DNA from: an uncultured Bdellovibrionales bacterium
Lineage (GTDB): Bacteria > Bdellovibrionota > UBA1018 > CAIPTA01
Direction: 5' to 3'
DNA length: 64,000 nt
Assembly (NCBI GenBank): GCA_964551325.1
Contig: CAZKBU010000002.1
Location: 269,861 to 333,860 of the forward strand
Both the position numbers and the translations under genes were made by a program. The notes beneath the pieces are model-generated. The model did no database searches, had not been told where the DNA came from, and worked only from the letters and a program-made list of their open reading frames with translations. Below are positions 8,812 to 17,365 of the stretch, piece by piece. How positions within the stretch are numbered: position 1 is the stretch's first letter; each line of letters begins with the position of its first letter.

Positions 8812-10320
8812 CTAACGAGGAAGCGCCTTTTTCAGAATCTTCCCGCTTTCTCCTTTAGGAAGCTCCTTTAGCTGTTCCCAGTGCTTGGGAATCTTATAGC
8901 GAGCCAAGCGACCATCGCAGTAGCGCAAAAGCTCTTCTGGCGTGATGGGGCCTTGGTCCAGGGAAGAATAGAATGCCTTGCCCACTTCACCCCATTTGGA
9001 ATCCGCTACGCCAACCACGGCTACTTCGTGAATTCGAGGATAAGCCCGAAGGACCTGCTCAATCTCCGCCGGATACACGTTCTCAGCACCGGAAATGAAC
9101 ATGTCCTTCTTTCTTCCTACAACGTAAAAATAGCCTTCATTATCGCGCTTCACGAGGTCACCCGTGTGGAACCACCCGTCGCGAATCGAATCACGAGTGG
9201 CCGCTTCGTTTTTCCAGTAGCCGGGCGTACAAGCGGGCCCTCGCAAGCAAAGCTCGCCTACCTGACCGGAACCGAAAAGCTCGAGTCCATCGTTGTCGAC
9301 GATCTTCACGTCGATATAGAAGTTAGGGAATCCAATAGAACCGATCTTCCGAATCGCGTCTTCTTCATTCAAAGAAAATACATTGGGCCCGAATTCAGTG
9401 AGTCCATAGCCCTGCCGCACAGGAACACCCTTTTCTCCCCATACACGGATCAGTTCCACGGGCATTGGCTCTCCGCCCACAATCGCATAACGAACCGATG
9501 GAAGCTCCACTTCATGGAAAGCCGGTGTTCTCACCATCATGTCCATCATCGTGGGAACACCAAAAAGAACCGTGACCTTCTCCGAAGCCGCCAGACGCAT
9601 CACTCGATCCGCGTCAAATTTTTTCAGCATCAATACTCTAGCGCCGTGATGAAGGAACGGCGTCGTCAACACGTTCCATCCGGACGTATGAAACATCGGA
9701 TGAAAGATAATGGTCGCGTCCCGGGGAGTGATATTGAGGCGCAATCCGGTGTTGACTGAATTCCAGAACAGCATCTGATTCGTAATCAGAGCCCCCTTCG
9801 GCGCTCCCGTGGTGCCCGATGTATAGAGCACCATCACCGGAGACTCAAAGTCGCCGACCACAGGCAGATCGCCGCTCATCACTGAATCCGTGAAGAGAAC
9901 CGCCGCTAAAGAGTTCGGGCCTTCGAACGGAAGCGTTTGCTCTGGCTTGTGATTCAACTCTCTAACGATCCCTTCGTAAGGTTGCTGATAGAACAGAACC
10001 TTGGATTCACTGTCGGAGAGCACATGCTCCACTTCCCTGGGAGAGAGACGATAATTGATGGGAACCAGCATCGCCCCAAGTCTCTGAAGAGCGAAAAACA
10101 AAAACACCATTTCCGGCTCGTTCATAGCCAAGGTGGCCACGCGATCGCCGCGCCCAACCTTAAACCGATTTCGCAGCTCTATGGCCAGGTGACTCGATCG
10201 CTCAAAAAGCTCTAGATAGGTAAAAGCACGGCCGGAGTCGAGACACTGGAGCGCGACGTTTTTTGGCGAATACATCGCCCAACGTTTCAACCAATCCAGT
10301 TCGATCGCGGATTCTTTCAT
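8812..10320 (-). CDS. AMP-dependent synthetase/ligase (long-chain fatty acid--CoA / acyl-ACP ligase family)
   Basis: 502 aa. AMP-binding motif 'LYTSGTTGAPKGA' and downstream 'GYGLTE' and 'WFHTGDL' motifs. Confidence 0.85.
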   Translation of the reverse strand: MKESAIELDWLKRWAMYSPKNVALQCLDSGRAFTYLELFERSSHLAIELRNRFKVGRGDRVATLAMNEPEMVFLFFALQRLGAMLVPINYRLSPREVEHVLSDSESKVLFYQQPYEGIVRELNHKPEQTLPFEGPNSLAAVLFTDSVMSGDLPVVGDFESPVMVLYTSGTTGAPKGALITNQMLFWNSVNTGLRLNITPRDATIIFHPMFHTSGWNVLTTPFLHHGARVLMLKKFDADRVMRLAASEKVTVLFGVPTMMDMMVRTPAFHEVELPSVRYAIVGGEPMPVELIRVWGEKGVPVRQGYGLTEFGPNVFSLNEEDAIRKIGSIGFPNFYIDVKIVDNDGLELFGSGQVGELCLRGPACTPGYWKNEAATRDSIRDGWFHTGDLVKRDNEGYFYVVGRKKDMFISGAENVYPAEIEQVLRAYPRIHEVAVVGVADSKWGEVGKAFYSSLDQGPITPEELLRYCDGRLARYKIPKHWEQLKELPKGESGKILKKALPR

Positions 10321-10327
10321 AAATTCG

Positions 10328-11338
10328 CTAGGTGTCGTAGGCCCACTCGAGGGCTACGGAAGCCATAGCTACTCCGCCGCCAGAACCCACGAGTACGAGT
10401 AGATCACCCTTTTTCAGTGCTTTTTTACTTACGGCGTCGGCCAGAGCCATCGGGATACAAGCGGATCCGGTATACCCGTATCGATCCATGATGTTCCAGC
10501 TCTTCTCACGGGGGAGATCCATGTTGTCCATAGTGGCCTCTATCGTGCCGATATTGATCTGGGTGAGAAAGAACTGACTTACGTCTTCCTTCTTCCGGTT
10601 GGCACGATCCAAAAGAGCATTGATCAGTCGCGGCCAACCCTCGGAGTTGGTTTCGAGCGGAATCTTCTTCGCAAAGCGAAGCTGATGATCCTTCCGATCA
10701 ATCACCTCGTGGGTAATAGGCATGAAGGTGCCCCCCGCATAAATGCCCATGTAGTCGTGATACTGCCCTTCGGTATGAAGCTTGGAGGCGAGAATTCCTC
10801 CCTTTTCTCCTGGAGCCGCCCGCTTCAAGACCACTGCTCCCGCACCGTCGGCAAAGAGGCTCGTGATCTTGTAGTCGTCCCAGTTTAGATGCTTGCTCAT
10901 CCCGTAAGCGCCCACCACCACCACCGTGCGATAGCGTTCATCGGCCTGCATGTACTTTGAGCCCATATCGAGCGCCGTAACAAATCCGGCGCACGCGGTG
11001 TTCACGTCGAAACAGCCTGCGTTCTTGAACCCCATCCTGTGCTGCACCACCGATGCGGTGGACGGCGAGATATAGTCGGGAGTGTCGGTGGCCACGATTA
11101 AAAGATCCACATCGTCGGCGGTAACTTTCCCGTTCTTCAGCGCCTCTTCAACAGCAGGAACGATCAAATCACTCGTGATCTGAGTGGGGGCCATAAAGTG
11201 ACGCTGGCGAATATTCCGCTTTTCGACCAAAAACTGTTCTATGGACGGATTCTTATAAAGTTCGGCGAAGTAAGAGTTGGGAACTACCCGCTCTGGGACA
11301 TACATTCCGGTTCCTGCAATAATAACTCTATGCGTCAT
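10328..11338 (-). CDS. 3-oxoacyl-ACP synthase III (KAS III / FabH-like)
   Basis: Trimmed to 'MTHRVIIAGTGMYVP', which has a perfect AGGAGG RBS (the ORF-track start is 11407). Thiolase-fold motifs 'GCFDVNTACAGF' (active-site Cys) and 'GSGGGVAMASVALEW' C-terminus. Confidence 0.8.
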   Translation of the reverse strand: MTHRVIIAGTGMYVPERVVPNSYFAELYKNPSIEQFLVEKRNIRQRHFMAPTQITSDLIVPAVEEALKNGKVTADDVDLLIVATDTPDYISPSTASVVQHRMGFKNAGCFDVNTACAGFVTALDMGSKYMQADERYRTVVVVGAYGMSKHLNWDDYKITSLFADGAGAVVLKRAAPGEKGGILASKLHTEGQYHDYMGIYAGGTFMPITHEVIDRKDHQLRFAKKIPLETNSEGWPRLINALLDRANRKKEDVSQFFLTQINIGTIEATMDNMDLPREKSWNIMDRYGYTGSACIPMALADAVSKKALKKGDLLVLVGSGGGVAMASVALEWAYDT

Positions 11339-11405
11339 AACCCCTCCTAAAGGAATCCGAACGGTTCCTTGACCATCATCGAAAGCCACGGGTATACCAC
11401 CCCGC

Positions 11406-12152
11406 ATGAATATTCAATACACGTTCACCGGCAAGACAGCGATCATAACGGGCGGCGCCCAAGGCATCGGATTTGAAATCGCAAAACAGTTCCTTACGGC
11501 AGGGGCCAAAGTCGCCATCTGGGACTGGTCGGATGAGGCGCTGAGCCAAGCTCGGCAAGAGCTCTCCACCTTTGGCGACCGACTCACCACCACAAAGGTG
11601 GACGTCAGCAACATGGCCTCCTGTGTTGATGCCGCTAACCATCTTCCTGGAAGCGTGGATGTTCTTGTGAATAATGCGGGCATCACCCGCGACAAGAGTT
11701 TTAAAAAAATGACGGCCGACGAATGGCAGTCCGTAATCGACGTGAACCTTACCGGACTTTTCAACGTTACGAAGAGTCTCTTTGAAAAGTTCAATCCTCA
11801 AAGCACGGGAAAACGCATCATAAATATCTCGAGCGTCGTAGGACTCTACGGCAATTTTGGCCAAACCAATTATGCTGCAGCAAAGGCCGGCGTTATCGGC
11901 ATGACGAAAACTTGGGCACGTGAAATGGCTCGTTCGGGTTTCACCGTGAATGCCGTGGCACCTGGGTTCATCGAAACCAAGATGACCGCAGCGATGCCCG
12001 CCGAAGTGCTCAAGAGCATGGCCGAGAAGGTGCCTGCCCAGCGTCTTGGGAAAACCCAAGACATCGCCAATGCTGTTTTGTTCCTCGCTTCCGACTCCGC
12101 TTCCTACGTGAACGGAACAGTGATCAGCGTCGACGGTGGTCTCGTTCTCTGA
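11406..12152 (+). CDS. 3-oxoacyl-ACP reductase-like short-chain dehydrogenase (FabG family)
   Basis: 248 aa. 'TGGAQGIGFEIAK' Rossmann motif, 'NNAGITRD', catalytic 'YAAAKAG' (YxxxK). Confidence 0.8.
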   Translation: MNIQYTFTGKTAIITGGAQGIGFEIAKQFLTAGAKVAIWDWSDEALSQARQELSTFGDRLTTTKVDVSNMASCVDAANHLPGSVDVLVNNAGITRDKSFKKMTADEWQSVIDVNLTGLFNVTKSLFEKFNPQSTGKRIINISSVVGLYGNFGQTNYAAAKAGVIGMTKTWAREMARSGFTVNAVAPGFIETKMTAAMPAEVLKSMAEKVPAQRLGKTQDIANAVLFLASDSASYVNGTVISVDGGLVL

Positions 12153-12182
12153 TCCCAAACTGAATGAACCGAGGGGGTTCTC

Positions 12183-13175
12183 ATGCGCGTGATGTTCCAA
12201 GTGTTACTTGCAGGCCTACTCACCGCTCTGTTTGCTCAGGCAGCGGAGAGCAAAGGCGAGTTTGTAACCGTTGGACGCGGACAACAGGTTTGGGTGGAGT
12301 GGACGGAGCCTAAGCAAGGAAAGCCGGTACTTGTTCTCCTCAACGGCCTCACCTACTCCACTAAGAACTGGAACGATCTCAGTCGAGCTCTTGAGCCATC
12401 CGGATTTGGCATTCTTCGATACGACATGAAGGGCATGGGCAAGACAATGCTGAACGGCCCATTGCCGGTGAACTACTCCGTCACCTGGCAAGATCAGGTG
12501 AAAGTTCTCAAAAGTCTTTTAGGTAAGCTGAAATTGAAAAGGGTGCACCTTGTTGGCCTCAGCTACGGGGGTGGAATTGCCGCTGGCTTCTCCAATGCGT
12601 ATCCGGAAATGGTCGCCTCCACCATTCTGCTCGCCCCTTTCACGGAACCACTTCCCTCTATGGACTCCTGGATCCGCCAGCAAGTGGCCCTCACCCGGAT
12701 TGCCCAGCCTTGGAATCCTTCCACCGACGATGAACTCTACGATTTCTTTCTGAAGAACTTCATCTATTCCACCTACCCGGCAGCCGAACCGAACGTGCTC
12801 GAAAACCCCTGGAAGCTGGAAGCCATCTTTCGCATGGTGCAAGGTATTCGGAAGCTCGACGCGAAGAAGGAAACAGAGAACCTGAAACCTCGATCTGTCT
12901 ACCTCGTGGTAGCCAAAGAGGATCAGTATATTCCTCGTGGCGTAATGGACGCCTACTGGGAAGCAGTTCCGAGCCGGGCTCGCGCATCGCGCGTGATCGC
13001 CTCTTGGACGGAGCACAAGATTCCCGAAGCCGTACCACAATTTACGGCCGGCCTCATTCGTCTCTTAGTGGAGGGCGATCCAGCCCTGAGAAAAGGTGAC
13101 ACTTTCGACGCCTCCACGTTTCGAGGCGAAATCTGGAATGAGCGAGCCAAATTCAAAGTGCCAGGAGTGCGATAG
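12183..13175 (+). CDS. Secreted alpha/beta-fold hydrolase
   Basis: 330 aa. Signal peptide 'MRVMFQVLLAGLLTALFAQA'. Nucleophile elbow 'GLSYGG' (GxSxG). Confidence 0.7.
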   Translation: MRVMFQVLLAGLLTALFAQAAESKGEFVTVGRGQQVWVEWTEPKQGKPVLVLLNGLTYSTKNWNDLSRALEPSGFGILRYDMKGMGKTMLNGPLPVNYSVTWQDQVKVLKSLLGKLKLKRVHLVGLSYGGGIAAGFSNAYPEMVASTILLAPFTEPLPSMDSWIRQQVALTRIAQPWNPSTDDELYDFFLKNFIYSTYPAAEPNVLENPWKLEAIFRMVQGIRKLDAKKETENLKPRSVYLVVAKEDQYIPRGVMDAYWEAVPSRARASRVIASWTEHKIPEAVPQFTAGLIRLLVEGDPALRKGDTFDASTFRGEIWNERAKFKVPGVR

Positions 13176-13945
13176 TGATTAAGCTCAACATTCGGATTGT
13201 TCCCCAGCTCCTCCCCTTCCCCACCGTATTTCTCCCGGGAAACCTGGCGGCAAATCTTTGGTGGGAACCAGCTGTGTCGGAGTGGCAGAAGCGTGGCGGC
13301 GGAAAGCATCCGGCGATTTTAATCGAATGGCGTGGACTCGGCGGTAGCCAAGACGGAATGGATCGTCCATTTAATGTAGAGTCACTCGCCGAGGACGTAG
13401 TGGAGAACATTTGTGCCTTAGCTTTGGGTCCAGTGAACCTAGTGGGACACTCTACGGGCGGGATCATCGGTGCTGCCGCAATGGCGAATGCGCCAGAAGT
13501 TTTTCACCGTGCCATTCTCCTCGACTCCGTGGCAGCCACAGGGATTCAATTTGGTCCCGAAATGTATGCCGCTTTCGAAGCGATGAGCAAAGATGAAAAC
13601 CTATGTGCAACGGTCATTCTGTCGACGATGCACGAAGCGAATTTAAGTAACGAACTTCGGACCGGAATTGCGAAAGCCGCCTTCCATGTGCACCCGAAAA
13701 TCTGGCGCGCCGTTCCCGACATGCTGAACTCCCTGGATCTCAGGTCGGAACTCCGAGGCGTGAAGGCGCCCACACTCGTTCTTCATGGCGAACATGATGT
13801 GCTTCTTCCGATGGAAGGGTCCGAGGAACTTGCCAGAATTATTCCTGGAGCGCGTTTTTATAAAATTCCGGGCCGCGGGCATTGCACCAATGTGGAGGCG
13901 CCCGGCCTCTTCGTAGACTTGGCAAACCACCATCTCTTTGGATAA
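13175..13945 (+). CDS. Alpha/beta-fold hydrolase
   Basis: 256 aa. Nucleophile elbow 'GHSTGG', C-terminal 'HGEHD...PGRGHC' acid/His region. Start overlaps the previous stop. Confidence 0.7.
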   Translation: MIKLNIRIVPQLLPFPTVFLPGNLAANLWWEPAVSEWQKRGGGKHPAILIEWRGLGGSQDGMDRPFNVESLAEDVVENICALALGPVNLVGHSTGGIIGAAAMANAPEVFHRAILLDSVAATGIQFGPEMYAAFEAMSKDENLCATVILSTMHEANLSNELRTGIAKAAFHVHPKIWRAVPDMLNSLDLRSELRGVKAPTLVLHGEHDVLLPMEGSEELARIIPGARFYKIPGRGHCTNVEAPGLFVDLANHHLFG

Positions 13946-13957
13946 CGCACCGCTAGA

Positions 13958-13985
13958 AGTTCCATTTCGGAACTGTTTCGTTTTT
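13958..13985 (+). terminator. Candidate Rho-independent terminator after the hydrolase operon
   Basis: AGTTCC-atttc-GGAACT hairpin followed by gtttcgttttt. Short stem, moderate call. Confidence 0.4.
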
Positions 13986-14156
13986 AGATGAGGCTGCGGA
14001 TCCATTTTGGAACCAGCTTGCCCGCAGAGTTAATGGGTAGAGCCACTAGCCGACCTTAAACGAAAAAACCGTTTAATTTAATAATTTCATATAATTAGAA
14101 TTAAATCCTCGATGATCTGCGGCCCACAGTATCGAGATCAAATCCTCTGCTAAAAG

Positions 14157-14171
14157 TTGGCACATCGATTG
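14157..14171 (+). promoter_or_regulatory. Orphan sigma-54 (-24/-12) promoter-like element TGGCACatcgaTTGCg
   Basis: Exact GG-N10-GC spacing with full TGGCAC and TTGC cores, inside a 380-bp AT-rich intergenic region. It points toward the 3' end of the convergent anti-sigma gene. Confidence 0.35.
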
Positions 14172-14324
14172 CGATAGATATGAGCAACAGGTTGAGCCAA
14201 AAGTTCGACCCGTGAAAAGGCTGCTCTTTACGGACAATACTTTCATTCCTTGCCACCTAAGGAATATTCCCCTCCATAGAAAAGTTTGGTCCGAAAAGAG
14301 TGGCCTTTTGACGTTTCGGCGGGC

Positions 14325-14684
14325 TTACCAGCGGGTAGCCAATGCCCACAAAACACCGCCCAATATAGCGGTGACCAGAAAAACAGCTCCCATCATCACC
14401 CAAAATTCCCCACTGCGGAGAAACTTCCCAGGATCAAACTTCTCGCGAAGCCTCCCCTGCAGGAACTGCCGAGCCAGCGCCGTTAGCTCCGCAGCATACT
14501 CCACGGGCGGAGGGATATCAGGGATCCACCGATCCACCCGAGCCATGTCGTTTCGATAGGCAGCCGCACGAAGGCGCATTTCTTCGCTGGAAGCCAAAAG
14601 CGCCGCTATCTGGCCGTTCAGCTCGCCACTCTCAGAGGCGCCTTCCAAAAAATCCTGTAGCTCCACTCGCGAAGGAAGTCTCAA
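14325..14684 (-). CDS. Putative anti-sigma factor (single C-terminal TM helix)
   Basis: 119 aa. 4-bp overlap with the upstream sigma-like gene. C-terminal TM 'FWVMMGAVFLVTAILGGVLWALA'. No conserved catalytic motif. Confidence 0.4.
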   Translation of the reverse strand: MRLPSRVELQDFLEGASESGELNGQIAALLASSEEMRLRAAAYRNDMARVDRWIPDIPPPVEYAAELTALARQFLQGRLREKFDPGKFLRSGEFWVMMGAVFLVTAILGGVLWALATRW

Positions 14685-15124
14685 AACTCCTCCACTTCCG
14701 CCGGCGCACGCCCCAACAATTGTGTGCGCCCCTCCAGCAAGATGTCTCGCACCTGGCTCTCGCTCACGCCTAAAACGAATCCAATCGACGAAGCGGAAAA
14801 GCGTCTCTTATGTCTCAAAAAAAGTGCGGCTCTCAACTCCGGGCGGAGCTGAAAAAAAATACCCTCTCCAACAGGAATGCTCTGATCTCGATGGCGCCAT
14901 TCTTCCCAGAGCGCGCGGTGAAATTTTGCCCGGCTCTCCGAGTGTCGCGGAAAACCGTCGTCCCAGTTGAACCATCCTTGCTCCCATCCCTCCAAGAGGG
15001 CATGCGAAACAGATGCTCCCGAGGCATCTCCGAGCACGGCACTAAAACCAAAAAGGTCTTCAGCGGCGTCAGCCAAAGCTTCCGCTGTTTTTTGCAGTTC
15101 ACGACTGAGAAATGGATCCGCCAT
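14681..15124 (-). CDS. Sigma-70 region-4 HTH protein (atypical/truncated ECF-like sigma factor)
   Basis: 147 aa. 'LRPELRAALFLRHKRRFSASSIGFVLGVSESQVRDIL' is a clear sigma-70 region 4.2 HTH. No canonical region 2 is evident. Confidence 0.5.
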   Translation of the reverse strand: MADPFLSRELQKTAEALADAAEDLFGFSAVLGDASGASVSHALLEGWEQGWFNWDDGFPRHSESRAKFHRALWEEWRHRDQSIPVGEGIFFQLRPELRAALFLRHKRRFSASSIGFVLGVSESQVRDILLEGRTQLLGRAPAEVEEF

Positions 15125-16037
15125 CGATTTCCCAGTCTTCCAAAGATCTCAGAAATGGGGAAGGCATAGGGCACCAAAGACGCCCCCCATCCTTCCAAGA
15201 AACAGACTCCGCATGCAAAAGATGGTGGGGATAATCAGGGGAAACACCGGTAGCCCCCCCATAGGTTTGATCGCCCACTAGAGGATGCCCCATGGCCGCA
15301 GAGGTCACCCGCACCACATGACGAGCGCCATCTCTCGTTTTGATCCGGACCAAAGTGGCCTTCGCCGTAGAAACCAAGACTTCGAACGACAGCGCTACCG
15401 TTTCCGTGTAATTAGTTTGCACGACTTTTTTCTTCCCGCCGGCACCATCGGCCAAATGAAAGATCACCTCGCCCCGAGGCGGGTGAAACTCTCCCGTCAC
15501 CAGCGCCAGATAAGTTTTTTCCATTTCACGTGCTTGGATCAATTCTCGGAAAGAAGCTCGGATCGGACGATTCAGAGCCACCAAAACTCCCCCGCTCGTG
15601 GAAAAGTCGAGTCGCTGCAAGAGCCCTCCCTCCAAGAGCGGAGGGTCCGCGAGTCGACAAAACTCAGCCGGGTCCATCACATTTCTAGTTGCTAACTCAC
15701 GAGACACACGAGAGGCCAGCGACTCAAACTCCCAGGGAAATTGTCCTACCGAATGCACTCCCGCCGGCTTTTCCACGAACCACCAGCCTTCGCCCTCGGC
15801 CAAAACCCGCACTCCGGCGGAAGCAGGCAATAACCCGTGCACTGGACCGGGGAAGTCCACTTTAATAACGGTACCAGGTCCAACTTCGTCGCCCGGGCTC
15901 AGACGACGCTCGGAGCGAATTCGTCCCTCCTGAAACAGCCAATCCCAACTGGATCGACTCAACCACTCGGAAATACCCTCGTTTCGGAGTATCCGATCAC
16001 AACGGCCCGACACTTTTACGTTCACTTCAACGAGCAT
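15099..16037 (-). CDS. RluA-family pseudouridine synthase
   Basis: Trimmed to 'MLVEVNV...' (the ORF-track start is 16190). S4-like N-terminus and catalytic 'LLQRLDFSTSGGVLVALN' (HRLD-x-x-TSG motif) with the conserved Asp. Confidence 0.7.
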   Translation of the reverse strand: MLVEVNVKVSGRCDRILRNEGISEWLSRSSWDWLFQEGRIRSERRLSPGDEVGPGTVIKVDFPGPVHGLLPASAGVRVLAEGEGWWFVEKPAGVHSVGQFPWEFESLASRVSRELATRNVMDPAEFCRLADPPLLEGGLLQRLDFSTSGGVLVALNRPIRASFRELIQAREMEKTYLALVTGEFHPPRGEVIFHLADGAGGKKKVVQTNYTETVALSFEVLVSTAKATLVRIKTRDGARHVVRVTSAAMGHPLVGDQTYGGATGVSPDYPHHLLHAESVSWKDGGRLWCPMPSPFLRSLEDWEIDGGSISQS

Positions 16038-16089
16038 TGTTTTACAAAGCCTCATACGGGGTCGTATAATTTTATACAGGGAAGTTCGC

Positions 16090-16506
16090 ATGGAGGCGAG
16101 CATGGAAAACGTCAATACAGTCAAAAGCGGCCAGCAAAATGAGGCCGATCGCTTAGCCCAGGAACACAGCAAGCGAGTGCGCGATCTCAAAAAAAAGCAG
16201 CAGGAAGAATTCGACTACCTGCAGAGTGAACACGAGCGAAAGATGAAATCGATGGAATCGGCCTACCGGGTGGAACTCTCCTCCCGTGAAGCCGATTTCG
16301 ACCGCAGCCTCGCAGAAGTTCAAGAAAATCACACCGTACGCCTCGATAACACCACAAAAGCCAGCGAAGCACAGCTCGCCCAGGCGCGAGAGGCGTATGC
16401 TCGTCAATTCGACGAACTCCGACTCTCGAACGAGAAAAAAGTAAACAAACTACGCGAGGACCTCACCGAACAGGTGCAGAATCTCGAAAGCAAAGGGAAG
16501 GCCTAA
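16090..16506 (+). CDS. Hypothetical coiled-coil protein
   Basis: 138 aa, highly charged heptad-rich sequence (EEFDYLQSEHERKMKSME...). No motif I recognise. Confidence 0.4.
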   Translation: MEASMENVNTVKSGQQNEADRLAQEHSKRVRDLKKKQQEEFDYLQSEHERKMKSMESAYRVELSSREADFDRSLAEVQENHTVRLDNTTKASEAQLAQAREAYARQFDELRLSNEKKVNKLREDLTEQVQNLESKGKA

Positions 16507-16752
16507 ATGAGCAAGGAAAACGGAATTCCGTTCGACGGATTTGGAAACGTAATTGAAATGCTTCGTGTTGCCGATGCGAGCTTTCGCGATCGAATTCTCC
16601 GGGGTATTGCGGCCAGAGATCCGGCGCTGGCTAAGCGTCTCGTGAACGCTCTAAAGCTGGAGATGCAGCGGTCCGCTCCAGCGTCGGCGGATAGCCGCGT
16701 GGTGTTGGAGCGATCCCAAAGGGCCCACGCCACCAAGAACTACGGCCTCTAG
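16507..16752 (+). CDS. Hypothetical small helical protein
   Basis: 81 aa. Start is adjacent to the previous stop (TAA ATG). 'EMLRVADASFRDRILRGIAARDPALAKRL' shows weak resemblance to FliG/MgtE-N-type helical repeats. Not assertable. Confidence 0.35.
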   Translation: MSKENGIPFDGFGNVIEMLRVADASFRDRILRGIAARDPALAKRLVNALKLEMQRSAPASADSRVVLERSQRAHATKNYGL

Positions 16753-16758
16753 TCGTAA

Positions 16759-17364
16759 ATGGAACTCGCCCAAGCGTTCCTTCTCTGCTTCATTCCTCTT
16801 TTTGTTGCCATCGATGTGCTCAGCATCGTTCCCATTTTTATCGGCCTCACGGAGCCAGTGAGTGAAGGCGATCGACGGCGCCTCGTTACAAGCGCCACCT
16901 TCACGGCTCTCGCCATCTCCCTACTCTTCCTGCTTGCCGGTCAGATGATCTTCCGATTTCTCGGGATCACGGAGAACGACTTCCGCATTGGGGGCGGGAT
17001 CGTGCTCCTCGTGCTCTCCATCACCGACCTACTCTTCGGATCGCACTACAATCGAGATCGCGGCCCCGACGGAAACTCCGTAACAACACTTGGAGTGGTG
17101 CCCTTAGGAATCCCGCTGATCATGGGCCCCACGGCGCTTACCACCGTGCTGATTCTTGTAGAGTCCCACGGTATGTGGCTCACCTCCGCATCCCTGATCA
17201 CGAATCTCGGGATCGTATGGGTCACTTTTCGTCACGCCAGAAAAATAGTGGCGCTCATCGGACCGGGTGGCGCCGCCGCGCTTTCGAAGATTTCTTCCCT
17301 GTTCCTTGCAGCGATAGCGGTGATGATGATCCGTATTGGTATTACCGGGATTCTGAACTCATAA
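16759..17364 (+). CDS. MarC-family (UPF0056) integral membrane protein
   Basis: 201 aa, 6 TM segments. N-terminus 'FLLCFIPLFVAIDVLSIVPIFIGL' is typical of the MarC family. Confidence 0.7.
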   Translation: MELAQAFLLCFIPLFVAIDVLSIVPIFIGLTEPVSEGDRRRLVTSATFTALAISLLFLLAGQMIFRFLGITENDFRIGGGIVLLVLSITDLLFGSHYNRDRGPDGNSVTTLGVVPLGIPLIMGPTALTTVLILVESHGMWLTSASLITNLGIVWVTFRHARKIVALIGPGGAAALSKISSLFLAAIAVMMIRIGITGILNS

Positions 17365-17365
17365 A

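Noticed and set aside
8881-9759. 292-aa plus-strand ORF
   Set aside because: It is antisense to the acyl-CoA ligase gene. The sense strand has the AMP-binding signature.
14010-14050. tRNA-like fragment 'gcccgcagagttaatgggtagagcc'
   Set aside because: It resembles a D-arm (..GGGTAGAGC), but no anticodon arm, T-loop (GGTTCGAATCC-like) or acceptor-stem complement is present.
14212-14559. 115-aa plus-strand ORF downstream of the sigma-54-like motif
   Set aside because: It has a low-complexity, Arg/Ser/Pro-rich product. It is entirely embedded antisense in the anti-sigma-like gene, so a coding function is unlikely. The region is kept only as a possible non-coding transcript.
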